A stretch of DNA of 6,679 nt from IMG/VR virus record IMGVR_UViG_3300029006_000021, positions 1-6,679 of that record. The stretch is one strand, 5' to 3'. The notes below the pieces were generated by a model. It was not told where the DNA came from and did no database searches. It saw nothing but the letters and a program-made list of their open reading frames with translations. Both the position numbers and the translations under genes were made by a program. Source of the stretch: a virus (taxonomy: Duplodnaviria; Heunggongvirae; Uroviricota; Caudoviricetes). This document shows, in pieces, positions 1 to 5,943 of the stretch (positions within the stretch are counted from its first letter, which is position 1; each line of letters begins with the position of its first letter).

Positions 1-31
1 GGGCGATTAACATCGCCTTTTGCTGCTTCAT
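1..31 (-). CDS. hokD: Hok/Gef-family small membrane toxin, N-terminal 10 codons only; gene continues beyond the left edge of the window
   Basis: Minus-strand ATG at 29-31 preceded by SD-like AAGGAGA about 9 nt upstream; visible translation MKQQKAMLIA matches the N-terminus of HokD/RelF as I remember it (HokC/Gef would read MKQHKAMIVA). Only 10 residues are in the window, so the call is tentative. Confidence 0.45.
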   Translation of the reverse strand, partial: MKQQKAMLIA

Positions 32-152
32 AGCCTGCTTCTCCTTGCCTTTCGGCACGTAAGAGGCTAACCTACATGTGCAAAGCATGAAATTGGCCTC
101 AGATTAATGTTAAGCGTCTTGCCGGACGCGTAATGTTAACTGGGGCTTTTCT

Positions 153-188
153 CTGTCTGCCTTACGGTGGCATGCCCGAGGCAGACAG
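153..188. other. 10-bp inverted repeat (CTGTCTGCCT / AGGCAGACAG) with 16-nt spacer containing the palindrome GGCATGCC, in the leader upstream of the hok-like gene
   Basis: Read directly. Not followed by a U-tract on either strand, so not a typical terminator; could be part of hok-type mRNA folding or a protein-binding site. Confidence 0.35.
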
Positions 189-276
189 CCTCAAGCACCC
201 GCAGCAATTCTACTTAACTCTCGCTTTACCGCAAACCGTTTTTACCCGATATGGGAATCCCCATATCGCAATGAAA

Positions 277-381
277 TCAGTTTCCCATCCGATCCATCAA
301 AAACACAACCAGGCAGTAAACGCCCACAACAGAAATAACGGCCAGCGCGCCTTCCATTGCCAGTGAAAGATCATCCGACAT
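277..381 (-). CDS. Tiny hydrophobic peptide, 34 aa, predicted single transmembrane helix (MSDDLSLAMEGALAVISVVGVYCLVVFLMDRMGN); function unknown
   Basis: Not in the ORF track (too short). Minus-strand ATG at 379-381 preceded by near-consensus SD AAGGAGGG 4-5 nt upstream; TGA stop at 277-279; uncharged 19-residue core flanked by charged ends. Same strand and operon as the upstream genes. Confidence 0.5.
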   Translation of the reverse strand: MSDDLSLAMEGALAVISVVGVYCLVVFLMDRMGN

Positions 382-416
382 ATTCCCTCCTTTGGTGTGA
401 ATCCCGGCGAACGTTT

Positions 417-500
417 TTACTCCCACCGACAAATAACATATACTAAAAAAGCGATAGCCATAGCAACGCCTGTAATTGCAAAGGCTTCAGGCCAGTTCAT
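417..500 (-). CDS. Tiny hydrophobic peptide, 27 aa, predicted single transmembrane helix (MNWPEAFAITGVAMAIAFLVYVICRWE); function unknown
   Basis: Not in the ORF track. Minus-strand ATG at 498-500 overlaps the TGA stop of the upstream 101-aa ORF (ATGA overlap, translational coupling); SD-like GGAGGA upstream; TAA stop at 417-419. Confidence 0.5.
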   Translation of the reverse strand: MNWPEAFAITGVAMAIAFLVYVICRWE

Positions 501-802
501 CGTAAAACATCCTCCACACTTATCAGTCCATTTCGCTTCAGATAGTCCATCGCCTTATCCGGTAATTTGCAGTCCAACTTCGCTTTCTTCAGATGCCTGG
601 CTAACTGCTTTACCAGCATGGTTAACTCGTAGACCGAACGTTGATACTCCACTGGTTTGTATTCATGCAATTTACCAACTGGCTCTGCTTCCAGCAATGC
701 CAGTGCAATCCGTGCCAGTTCCATTTGTTCGCCACGGGTAAGTCCGTTATCAAGCGGATTTTTAATGAATAATTCGATACGTTCTTTGGTAATAGAATTC
801 AT
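497..802 (-). CDS. Hypothetical phage protein, 101 aa
   Basis: ORF track; ATG at 800-802 with SD-like AAGGTGA about 8 nt upstream; starts 1 nt after the stop of the upstream gene; same-strand operon context. No family recognised. Confidence 0.7.
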   Translation of the reverse strand: MNSITKERIELFIKNPLDNGLTRGEQMELARIALALLEAEPVGKLHEYKPVEYQRSVYELTMLVKQLARHLKKAKLDCKLPDKAMDYLKRNGLISVEDVLR

Positions 803-803
803 G

Positions 804-995
804 CTATTTCACCTTAATCTCAACATTTCGCAGCTTTAACTCTATTGGTAGGTCTGACTTTCCTGTTAATGCTAATGCGAGATTTTCAGGAGTAATGAGA
901 GCAGTTATTGTTTTCCCCATCGCCAGACGAATAATCATTCGTATTTCGCGATCGTCACATGCTCCTGGTCGAACAATTGATATTTGTCCGTTCAT
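804..995 (-). CDS. Hypothetical phage protein, 63 aa (track ORF 804..1037 trimmed to an internal ATG)
   Basis: Internal ATG at 993-995 has a strong SD AAGGAG about 7 nt upstream and lies 1 nt after the stop (997-999) of the upstream ORF; the longer track start at 1037 would overlap the upstream gene by 40 nt and lacks an SD. Confidence 0.6.
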   Translation of the reverse strand: MNGQISIVRPGACDDREIRMIIRLAMGKTITALITPENLALALTGKSDLPIELKLRNVEIKVK

Positions 996-996
996 C

Positions 997-1299
997 TCAC
1001 TCTCCTTTGATGCGAATGCCAGCAACACGTAGTGCATGTTCTAAGTCAGCCAGATAAAGCCAGCTGCCATTTTCCTTAGGTATCATAATATGGCGCTCAT
1101 CAGCATTTATCGGGTGTCCATAGCGAAGTTCATAACCAACCGGTAACTGGACTTCCCTTGCCTCCAGTTCTGCAATGCGCTTGTCTTTGGCCTCCAGTTC
1201 ATCAAGGACCTTTTTTATGGCTGGCGAATGTGTCATATAACTCGCAGCCGGACCAGCAAGCATTATCCTGAGCTGTACTTTCGCTTTTTCTATTTTCAT
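997..1299 (-). CDS. Hypothetical phage protein, 100 aa, with predicted coiled-coil-like segment (LDELEAKDKRIAELEAREV)
   Basis: ORF track; ATG at 1297-1299 directly abuts the TAG stop (1300-1302) of the upstream gene; SD-like AAGGTAA upstream. Confidence 0.7.
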   Translation of the reverse strand: MKIEKAKVQLRIMLAGPAASYMTHSPAIKKVLDELEAKDKRIAELEAREVQLPVGYELRYGHPINADERHIMIPKENGSWLYLADLEHALRVAGIRIKGE

Positions 1300-1593
1300 C
1301 TACGCCATTACCTTGTTTCGCAACCAGACACAAACCGGGCCATCTTCAGTATCATGAATGGAGCCAATAAACCAGCCTTCTCCCTCTGGTCGTTCCGGTT
1401 CCCAGGCGGAAATACCGGAGTCATCTGCATCTGAATTAAAATCATCTTCATCCATACTGCAAATAGTCCACTGAAGATTATTTACCTTCATCCAGGCGTC
1501 AAATTCCTCGGTGGAAATATATTCACGACCTGCGCAAAACTTTTCATACTCCGGATGTGTCCAGCAGCCATATTCATCACGTTCTACCTGCAT
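1300..1593 (-). CDS. Strongly acidic, Trp-rich small protein, 97 aa (about 23 Asp/Glu vs 8 Arg/Lys); function unknown
   Basis: Track ORF 1300..1677 trimmed to the ATG at 1591-1593, which lies 4 nt after the stop of the upstream DUF4406-like gene; the longer start would overlap that gene by about 80 nt. Composition counted from the translation. The SD is weak, so the start is uncertain. Confidence 0.6.
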   Translation of the reverse strand: MQVERDEYGCWTHPEYEKFCAGREYISTEEFDAWMKVNNLQWTICSMDEDDFNSDADDSGISAWEPERPEGEGWFIGSIHDTEDGPVCVWLRNKVMA

Positions 1594-1597
1594 TTCT

Positions 1598-1903
1598 TTA
1601 ATTTCGCTCACTTGTTGCCTCCTGGAAAATAACCGCATGTCCCAGTTTCTCCGCCAGTGCCAGCTCAGCCCTTGCACCTGCCGACTGCTGCCAGCCTTTC
1701 AGCATGTAAACCGCATCCACGCAACGGAGCATTGCCATGCAAATATCCATGTAGTGTGGCTGAGTCAGCCCGTCCGGAAGTACTGCCGGATTTAAAACGG
1801 TATGCCCTTCCCGTTTCAGCACCTCTTCCGCTTTGTGAAATGCCTCGCGGTTAAAATTTTCATATCCCGTCATCGGACCGGCGATATAAACCCTCACCCT
1901 CAC
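1598..1903 (-). CDS. DUF4406-like protein (nucleoside 2-deoxyribosyltransferase-like fold), 101 aa
   Basis: ORF track; N-terminal VYIAGPM motif typical of this family; GTG start at 1901-1903 with consensus SD AGGAGG 8 nt upstream, overlapping the TGA stop of the upstream gene (GTGA). Confidence 0.8.
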   Translation of the reverse strand: MRVRVYIAGPMTGYENFNREAFHKAEEVLKREGHTVLNPAVLPDGLTQPHYMDICMAMLRCVDAVYMLKGWQQSAGARAELALAEKLGHAVIFQEATSERN

Positions 1904-2154
1904 TCCTGAACCCTCCTGTCGAAATAAACGTAGTTATTCACTGCGCCCAACTTCATCCCAAACTTTTCGGCAATTTCCCGTCGGGGTACACCACGCTGAT
2001 GCAGTTGCCGCGCCAGCTCAATATCACGCTGTGAACATTTGGCTGACTGGTGATAATCACCCCGTAACATCATGCTGAGACCCAGTTCCCGCGCTTTCGT
2101 CCTGACGGCTGACTCACTACGGCCAATCAGATAACCGATGCTTTCGACTTTCAT
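1900..2154 (-). CDS. Small DNA-binding protein with two helix-turn-helix-like segments, 84 aa (track ORF 1900..2304 trimmed to first ATG)
   Basis: Segments SIGYLIGRSESAVRTKARELGL and VPRREIAEKFGMKLGAVNNYV look HTH-like. First in-frame ATG at 2152-2154; the track start at 2304 is non-ATG and would overlap the upstream 244-aa gene by 90 nt. SD weak, so the start is uncertain. Confidence 0.55.
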   Translation of the reverse strand: MKVESIGYLIGRSESAVRTKARELGLSMMLRGDYHQSAKCSQRDIELARQLHQRGVPRREIAEKFGMKLGAVNNYVYFDRRVQE

Positions 2155-2213
2155 CGTTCCCGCACACTGCCGGAGTATCAGGATTTCAGCCCGGCACCAC
2201 TTCTTCCAGCCAC

Positions 2214-2948
2214 TCACCGCTGCTGCTCTCTGGTGGCGGTAATATCCCGGAGAATATCCCTGTGTTTGTTCAGTTCCCGTAGCGCAGCACAGACTCGCTC
2301 CCACTTCTGAACATCACTTTTCGCCCGGCGCAGCTCGCGGTTAGCCACATGCAGCGATGGTAGAATCAGGTCATCTGCTTTCGCTTCAGTGACCGATGGC
2401 TGTAACTTCACAATGTCTTCCTCGATTTCTGTTTTCATTTCTTCCTGTGTCGTTGTTTCCTGGACTGGTAACGCAACTCCTGCTGGCTGAGGAAAGGCTT
2501 TACCATCCGTTTCCGCTGCGGATGCAGCTTCCGGCTCTGCTGGTAAATTATCGCCCGGCATGCAGTAACGAAATTTACCGCCCTGATTCACGCGAATCAG
2601 ACGCCCTTTGCTGATTGCCATTGCCAGCGATGAATTCGCCCGGCGGGAGGTAATTCCGAACATCAGTGCCAGTTCATCCGCCGTTTGTGGGCCATGTTGT
2701 TCAATCGCCTCTGTCAGCATTTGCGCTGTCACTTTCGGTACCGGTGACACCGGTTCACTTTCACCAGCCTGAGTCAGCCACCACATCGACCCCTTGTTAT
2801 CCGCTTCACCGCGGCGCTTCAGTTTCCACAGTTCGTTGACCGCCTCTTCACGGCTGATTCCAAGGCGCGATGCCACTACCTGTGAAGAGGCTTTTTTCAG
2901 TGCTTTCAGTGCGTCAAATACGGTTTCCATTAAAACGTCCTCCGACAA
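2214..2948 (-). CDS. Prophage protein with two tandem winged-helix-like domains and an acidic/Pro-rich linker, 244 aa (resembles the DUF1627-type proteins found after replication genes in enterobacterial prophages)
   Basis: ORF track; ATG at 2946-2948 with SD GGAGGA about 7 nt upstream, 3 nt after the stop of the DnaC-like gene. Domain assignment is from reading the sequence, not from a search. Confidence 0.8.
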   Translation of the reverse strand: MSEDVLMETVFDALKALKKASSQVVASRLGISREEAVNELWKLKRRGEADNKGSMWWLTQAGESEPVSPVPKVTAQMLTEAIEQHGPQTADELALMFGITSRRANSSLAMAISKGRLIRVNQGGKFRYCMPGDNLPAEPEAASAAETDGKAFPQPAGVALPVQETTTQEEMKTEIEEDIVKLQPSVTEAKADDLILPSLHVANRELRRAKSDVQKWERVCAALRELNKHRDILRDITATREQQR

Positions 2949-2951
2949 AAA

Positions 2952-3698
2952 TTACTTCACAACCCTCTGATTGCTGACATTTGGACGCCAGCTATCCCAG
3001 TTAAACGTCACCCATCGACCACCGTTCATGGTCATGCGGTCCATAATCCTCTCACCGAGAAGCGTACTCATTGCGGCATGATTCAGGTTTGTTAACATCC
3101 CGACACTGCACAGTGATGCTGTCCGGCGATCAATTATCTGGTGCAATACCACCTGCTCGTTTTTCGTCTCACGCTGAACGCCTATTTCATCCAGGACCAG
3201 CAAATCAACCCCGCAAAGCTCCTGTAAAAATTTTTCCCCGGACTGGCCGTTGTCGTAGCTGTCATGCAACACACTCATGACGTCAGACACGGTGACGATA
3301 ATCACGCTGCTCCCCTTCGCCATCAGCCGGTTGCCCATCGCCGCTGCAAGGTGATTTTTCCCGGTGCCGGTTTTACCGCTGAACACAAAATTCGTGCACC
3401 CGGTCATCAGTTCGTCAGCGATGGATTTTGCCTGGCTCAGCGCGTGTTTTTGCCCGTCGTTCTGCACCTGATAATTCGCAAACGAGCATTTGCTGTGCAG
3501 AGGCTGGATGCCCGAACGATTCAGGATTTTTTCCACCCGCAACTGGCGATTCTGGCGGTTAATCTCCTCGCTGCGTTTTCGTCCTTCAGCAAGCTGCCAT
3601 TCCCGCCACTCCTCCACCGTCCGGTACGGTGGAACCGCCCCCTGTGGTGCAAGTCTGCGAATACGTTCAAGAACCCCGGCTGCCGCAATGTTTTTCAT
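2952..3698 (-). CDS. ydaV: DnaC-family replicative helicase loader (AAA+ ATPase), 248 aa
   Basis: Walker A FSGKTGTGKNHLAAA and Walker B DLLVLDEIGVQ, with C-terminal ...GERIMDRM...WVTFNWDSWR closely resembling E. coli DnaC; SD GGGGGTGA upstream of ATG 3696-3698. Symbol assigned by synteny and size with the Rac prophage, not verified. Confidence 0.9.
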   Translation of the reverse strand: MKNIAAAGVLERIRRLAPQGAVPPYRTVEEWREWQLAEGRKRSEEINRQNRQLRVEKILNRSGIQPLHSKCSFANYQVQNDGQKHALSQAKSIADELMTGCTNFVFSGKTGTGKNHLAAAMGNRLMAKGSSVIIVTVSDVMSVLHDSYDNGQSGEKFLQELCGVDLLVLDEIGVQRETKNEQVVLHQIIDRRTASLCSVGMLTNLNHAAMSTLLGERIMDRMTMNGGRWVTFNWDSWRPNVSNQRVVK

Positions 3699-3704
3699 GC
3701 CACG

Positions 3705-4667
3705 TCACCCCCTGAATCCAGGCGGTATTTCAGTGTCCGGTTCAGAAATGTGATTCACGCAACGCTGCGCGGGCGAACGCCCCAGGCGGATAACCAGTTC
3801 ATCCCATTTTTCCCGGAGTTTTGCCGGACTCATGATGTTTTTTACCCAGAACGAATCCCGCTGGACACGCCCAAACATTTCACAAATTTGTCTGTGAGTT
3901 CTGCCATCCAGCATCCGCATTGTGCGCACGTCATTGGCCCATGCTGTCCAGTTGGGTTCTTTCGGTCTCGTGATCTCGCCATCATCGCTGGCCGCCTGCT
4001 CGTAAAGACTCACGATTCGTCCCCAGATCCACTGTGCGCACACCAAATCTTCCTGACTTCCCCACTGGCGTTTTTTCGCACTGAACACAACCGCGTCAGG
4101 GTGTCGGGTTAAAAAATCCTGTTCAGCCGTCTGCGGGTCCGGTTGCGAAGCGTCCGGACAAGAAGATCTTTTCTCTGACGGATCAGGTTTTAATACTGAC
4201 GGATCGGGGTCAATCATCGCCCCCCTAATCGGCAGTTTTTTATCAACCGTTGATCCATCAAAATTTGACGGGTCAACCGTTGAGGGGTCAATATTTGACG
4301 GGTCAACTGTTAACGGGTCATTTTTTGCCGGGCTAATTTTTCTTTTCGGTTTATATGACTCACGCGCCGCCGCCGCAGCTGCTTCGAGTTTTTCCACATT
4401 AAGCCGATAGATATTGCTTACATTACGCCCACCGACCTTACGCTCTTCCTTCGTCAGCCAGCCCTCTTTCGCCAGTTCTGCAATAGCCGATTTCACGGTG
4501 GATTCACTTCTTGCACCGATCTGACGCCGGATAGTTTCAATGGCAGGCCATGACACGCCCTCGTCATTGCTGTAGTCTGCTAGACGGGCCATCACTGCCA
4601 CCCGGGATAAGATCATGCCGGTGAAGGCGCATCCTTCCCAGACAAGACCATGAAGCTTGCTGCTCAT
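3705..4667 (-). CDS. ydaU: Phage replication initiator (lambda O-like role): N-terminal winged-helix domain, repeat-bearing linker (DPSNIDPSTVDPSNFDGSTVD), C-terminal domain; about 320 aa
   Basis: ORF track 3705..4682; I prefer the ATG at 4665-4667 (MSSKLHGL...) with a GGGGG SD-like run upstream, over the GTG at 4682. Sits immediately upstream of the DnaC-like gene and contains the iteron array. Symbol by synteny with Rac, not verified. Confidence 0.85.
   Translation of the reverse strand: MSSKLHGLVWEGCAFTGMILSRVAVMARLADYSNDEGVSWPAIETIRRQIGARSESTVKSAIAELAKEGWLTKEERKVGGRNVSNIYRLNVEKLEAAAAAARESYKPKRKISPAKNDPLTVDPSNIDPSTVDPSNFDGSTVDKKLPIRGAMIDPDPSVLKPDPSEKRSSCPDASQPDPQTAEQDFLTRHPDAVVFSAKKRQWGSQEDLVCAQWIWGRIVSLYEQAASDDGEITRPKEPNWTAWANDVRTMRMLDGRTHRQICEMFGRVQRDSFWVKNIMSPAKLREKWDELVIRLGRSPAQRCVNHISEPDTEIPPGFRG
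4249..4323. repeat. Iteron array: four to five direct repeats of a 15-bp unit (core GGGTCAA, approximate consensus TTGACGGGTCAAC) inside the initiator coding sequence; putative phage replication origin
   Basis: GGTCAA cores at 4271, 4286, 4301 and 4316 (GGTCAT), exactly 15 bp apart, with a degenerate copy at 4249-4263; read directly from the sequence. Lambda ori iterons likewise lie within the O gene linker. Confidence 0.75.
4324..4365. other. AT-rich tract flanking the iterons (candidate DNA-unwinding element of the origin)
   Basis: Sequence TTTTTTGCCGGGCTAATTTTTCTTTTCGGTTTATATGACTC directly adjacent to the iterons; by analogy with lambda ori. Confidence 0.45.
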
Positions 4668-4689
4668 AAAACCCCCGAACACCGTGCTT

Positions 4690-5115
4690 TTAGTGCATCA
4701 CCACAGCATTCCCTGCCGGGCCGCCGCGATTCATCTGGTCATACAAAACAACCGCTGACGCAACAAAATCGTCGACATCCTTCACCAGCCGATCCCGCCG
4801 TTCGACGATCTCACGGTAATACTCAGAACTGTGGCTGCGCATACGGGCCACCAGCAAAGGCGGCATCGCCTTTTCGATCGCTGGTAACAGAGCCTGAATT
4901 TTTTCAACAGCATCAGGGGTGTCTTTATCCAACCAACGGAAAATTTTCTGGGTATTACGGGCCAGGGCTTCCGGATGACTGTCGTCATACAGTTCCGGGA
5001 ACGTCATCCCCAGTTCGAAATAAGTCCGGGCTATTTCAGCTGCAGGAACTTTCTCGCCATCAGGATATGCCCAGGCATTGATCGCCATGCGGATGTGTTC
5101 ATGCTTGATTTTCAT
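4690..5115 (-). CDS. ydaT: YdaT-like protein, 141 aa (lambda CII-like regulator; historically annotated as a toxin)
   Basis: ORF track; ATG 5113-5115 with SD GGAG about 9 nt upstream; 17-nt overlap with the upstream ydaS-like gene; position between Cro-like and O-like genes as in Rac. Symbol by synteny and size, not verified. Confidence 0.85.
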   Translation of the reverse strand: MKIKHEHIRMAINAWAYPDGEKVPAAEIARTYFELGMTFPELYDDSHPEALARNTQKIFRWLDKDTPDAVEKIQALLPAIEKAMPPLLVARMRSHSSEYYREIVERRDRLVKDVDDFVASAVVLYDQMNRGGPAGNAVVMH

Positions 5116-5380
5116 GAATCAAGCTCCTAGAAAGTGGTTGTGTTAACGTTTTGGTATCTTCCAGCTCAGGCCAAATATTCATCCAATCAAAAGGCCTTAG
5201 TTGCTGACGTGTAACTTCACCATTACTGGCTCGCTCAATAAGGACACATAACGATGCCCCTAACACTTGACCTTTACTCAATGCCTTTCTTAGATAACCG
5301 ATGCTGGTACCACACTCGCATGCAAACATACGCTGTTCATCTGACGAAAGAGAATTGAGAAATATTCTTAATTCTTCCAT
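5099..5380 (-). CDS. ydaS: YdaS-like Cro-type HTH regulator, 93 aa
   Basis: ORF track; ATG 5378-5380 with SD AAGGAG 5 nt upstream; HTH-like segment CGTSIGYLRKALSKGQ; first gene of the operon divergent from the repressor gene. Symbol by synteny, not verified. Confidence 0.85.
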   Translation of the reverse strand: MEELRIFLNSLSSDEQRMFACECGTSIGYLRKALSKGQVLGASLCVLIERASNGEVTRQQLRPFDWMNIWPELEDTKTLTQPLSRSLIHENQA

Positions 5381-5405
5381 AGCTACTCCTTAGTAAACAC
5401 AGCAA

Positions 5406-5433
5406 AGAATACCTATAGGTAAACAAAAGTCAA
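5406..5433 (-). promoter_or_regulatory. PR-like sigma70 promoter for the ydaS operon: -35 TTGACT (5428-5433), 16-bp spacer, -10 TATTCT (5406-5411), read on the minus strand
   Basis: Hexamers read directly; the -10 overlaps the perfect palindrome at 5410-5421; predicted transcript start sits about 20 nt upstream of the ydaS SD. Confidence 0.55.
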
Positions 5434-5487
5434 TACCTTTGGGTTGTTTACCTTACGGTAATCACATCTATTATTTACCTATGGACA
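5410..5487. promoter_or_regulatory. Operator cluster: four TACC-N4-GGTA-type palindromes (5410-5421 TACCTATAGGTA, perfect; 5434-5445 TACCTTTGGGTT; 5450-5461 TACCTTACGGTA; 5476-5487 TACCTATGGACA); candidate repressor binding sites
   Basis: Read directly; they sit between divergent repressor and Cro-like genes and overlap the predicted promoter hexamers, an arrangement like lambda OR1-OR3. Confidence 0.55.
5447..5474 (+). promoter_or_regulatory. PRM-like promoter for the repressor gene: -35 TTTACC (5447-5452), 16-bp spacer, -10 TATTAT (5469-5474); predicted start at or near the ATG at 5481 (leaderless mRNA)
   Basis: Hexamers read directly; there is no SD upstream of ATG 5481. Lambda cI is transcribed as a leaderless mRNA from PRM, which is the precedent. 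Confidence 0.4.
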
Positions 5488-5900
5488 AATATGAATTTAG
5501 ACGACAGCAGCTCATCAAAATTCGTGATGAGAAATGCGATGGTAAAGCGGTTAACGTAGCCAGAAAGATCGGTCGCGAGCCTTCTTATGTATCAAGAATG
5601 TTGTACCCAGAGGGGAAAAAGGGAAAAAAACGGATCGCTGATGATATGGTGGAGATTATCGAAGAGTCCTTTGGGTTACCCCGAGGATGGATGGATGGTA
5701 TCGTTTCATCATCAACGAACACAGCCTCCAATTATGAAACAAGGGTTCTAACGCCACGACAACGTATTTTTTTAGATCTCCTAGACGAGTTGCCAGAAAG
5801 TGAAGCGGATAACTTATTAAAAACTCTTGAAGAGAAAAAACAGTATTACAATATGATCTACGAAGAAATCCGTAAAAAGAAAGCACAAAACGCATCATAA
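5481..5900 (+). CDS. racR: RacR-like prophage repressor (cI analogue): N-terminal HTH, no S24 peptidase domain; 139 aa from ATG 5481 (alternative TTG at 5439 gives 153 aa)
   Basis: ORF track 5439..5900; HTH-like GKAVNVARKIGREPSYVSRML; divergent from the Cro-like gene with an operator-rich intergenic region. Start uncertain. Symbol by synteny with Rac, not verified. Confidence 0.8.
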   Translation: MDKYEFRRQQLIKIRDEKCDGKAVNVARKIGREPSYVSRMLYPEGKKGKKRIADDMVEIIEESFGLPRGWMDGIVSSSTNTASNYETRVLTPRQRIFLDLLDELPESEADNLLKTLEEKKQYYNMIYEEIRKKKAQNAS

Positions 5901-5943
5901 CTCACCAAACAACCAGTCACCAGTTAAGACACCTCAAAAAAGT

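Noticed and set aside
131-143. Exact 10-mer TGTTAACTGG at 134-143 and 6634-6643, and clustered GTTAAC sites near both window ends; considered as possible terminal repeats or att sites
   Set aside because: A 10-bp exact match is expected by chance many times in a 6.7-kb window; there is no extended flanking similarity and no integrase nearby.
133-741. Plus-strand ORFs 133..366 (77 aa) and 397..741 (114 aa)
   Set aside because: Antisense to the minus-strand small-peptide genes and the 101-aa gene; no convincing SD; opposite to the operon polarity.
1300-2304. Longer N-terminal extensions of track ORFs 1300..1677, 1900..2304 and 804..1037
   Set aside because: The extended starts overlap the upstream gene by 40-90 nt and lack SD sequences, whereas internal ATGs sit just after the upstream stop codon. 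The shorter models are preferred, though not proven.
3264-4112. 282-aa plus-strand ORF in the six-frame track
   Set aside because: Entirely antisense to the DnaC-like and initiator genes, which have clear motifs and RBSs. Its translation is low-complexity and His/Pro/Arg-rich, typical of a shadow ORF opposite a real gene.
4650-5081. 143-aa plus-strand ORF (also 3071..3280, 3490..3753, 2396..2614, 1228..1434, 1511..1795, 1657..1854, 657..839 on +, and 4782..4988, 5656..5898 on -)
   Set aside because: All overlap better-supported genes on the opposite strand or in another frame; translations are low-complexity; none has an RBS. Treated as spurious.
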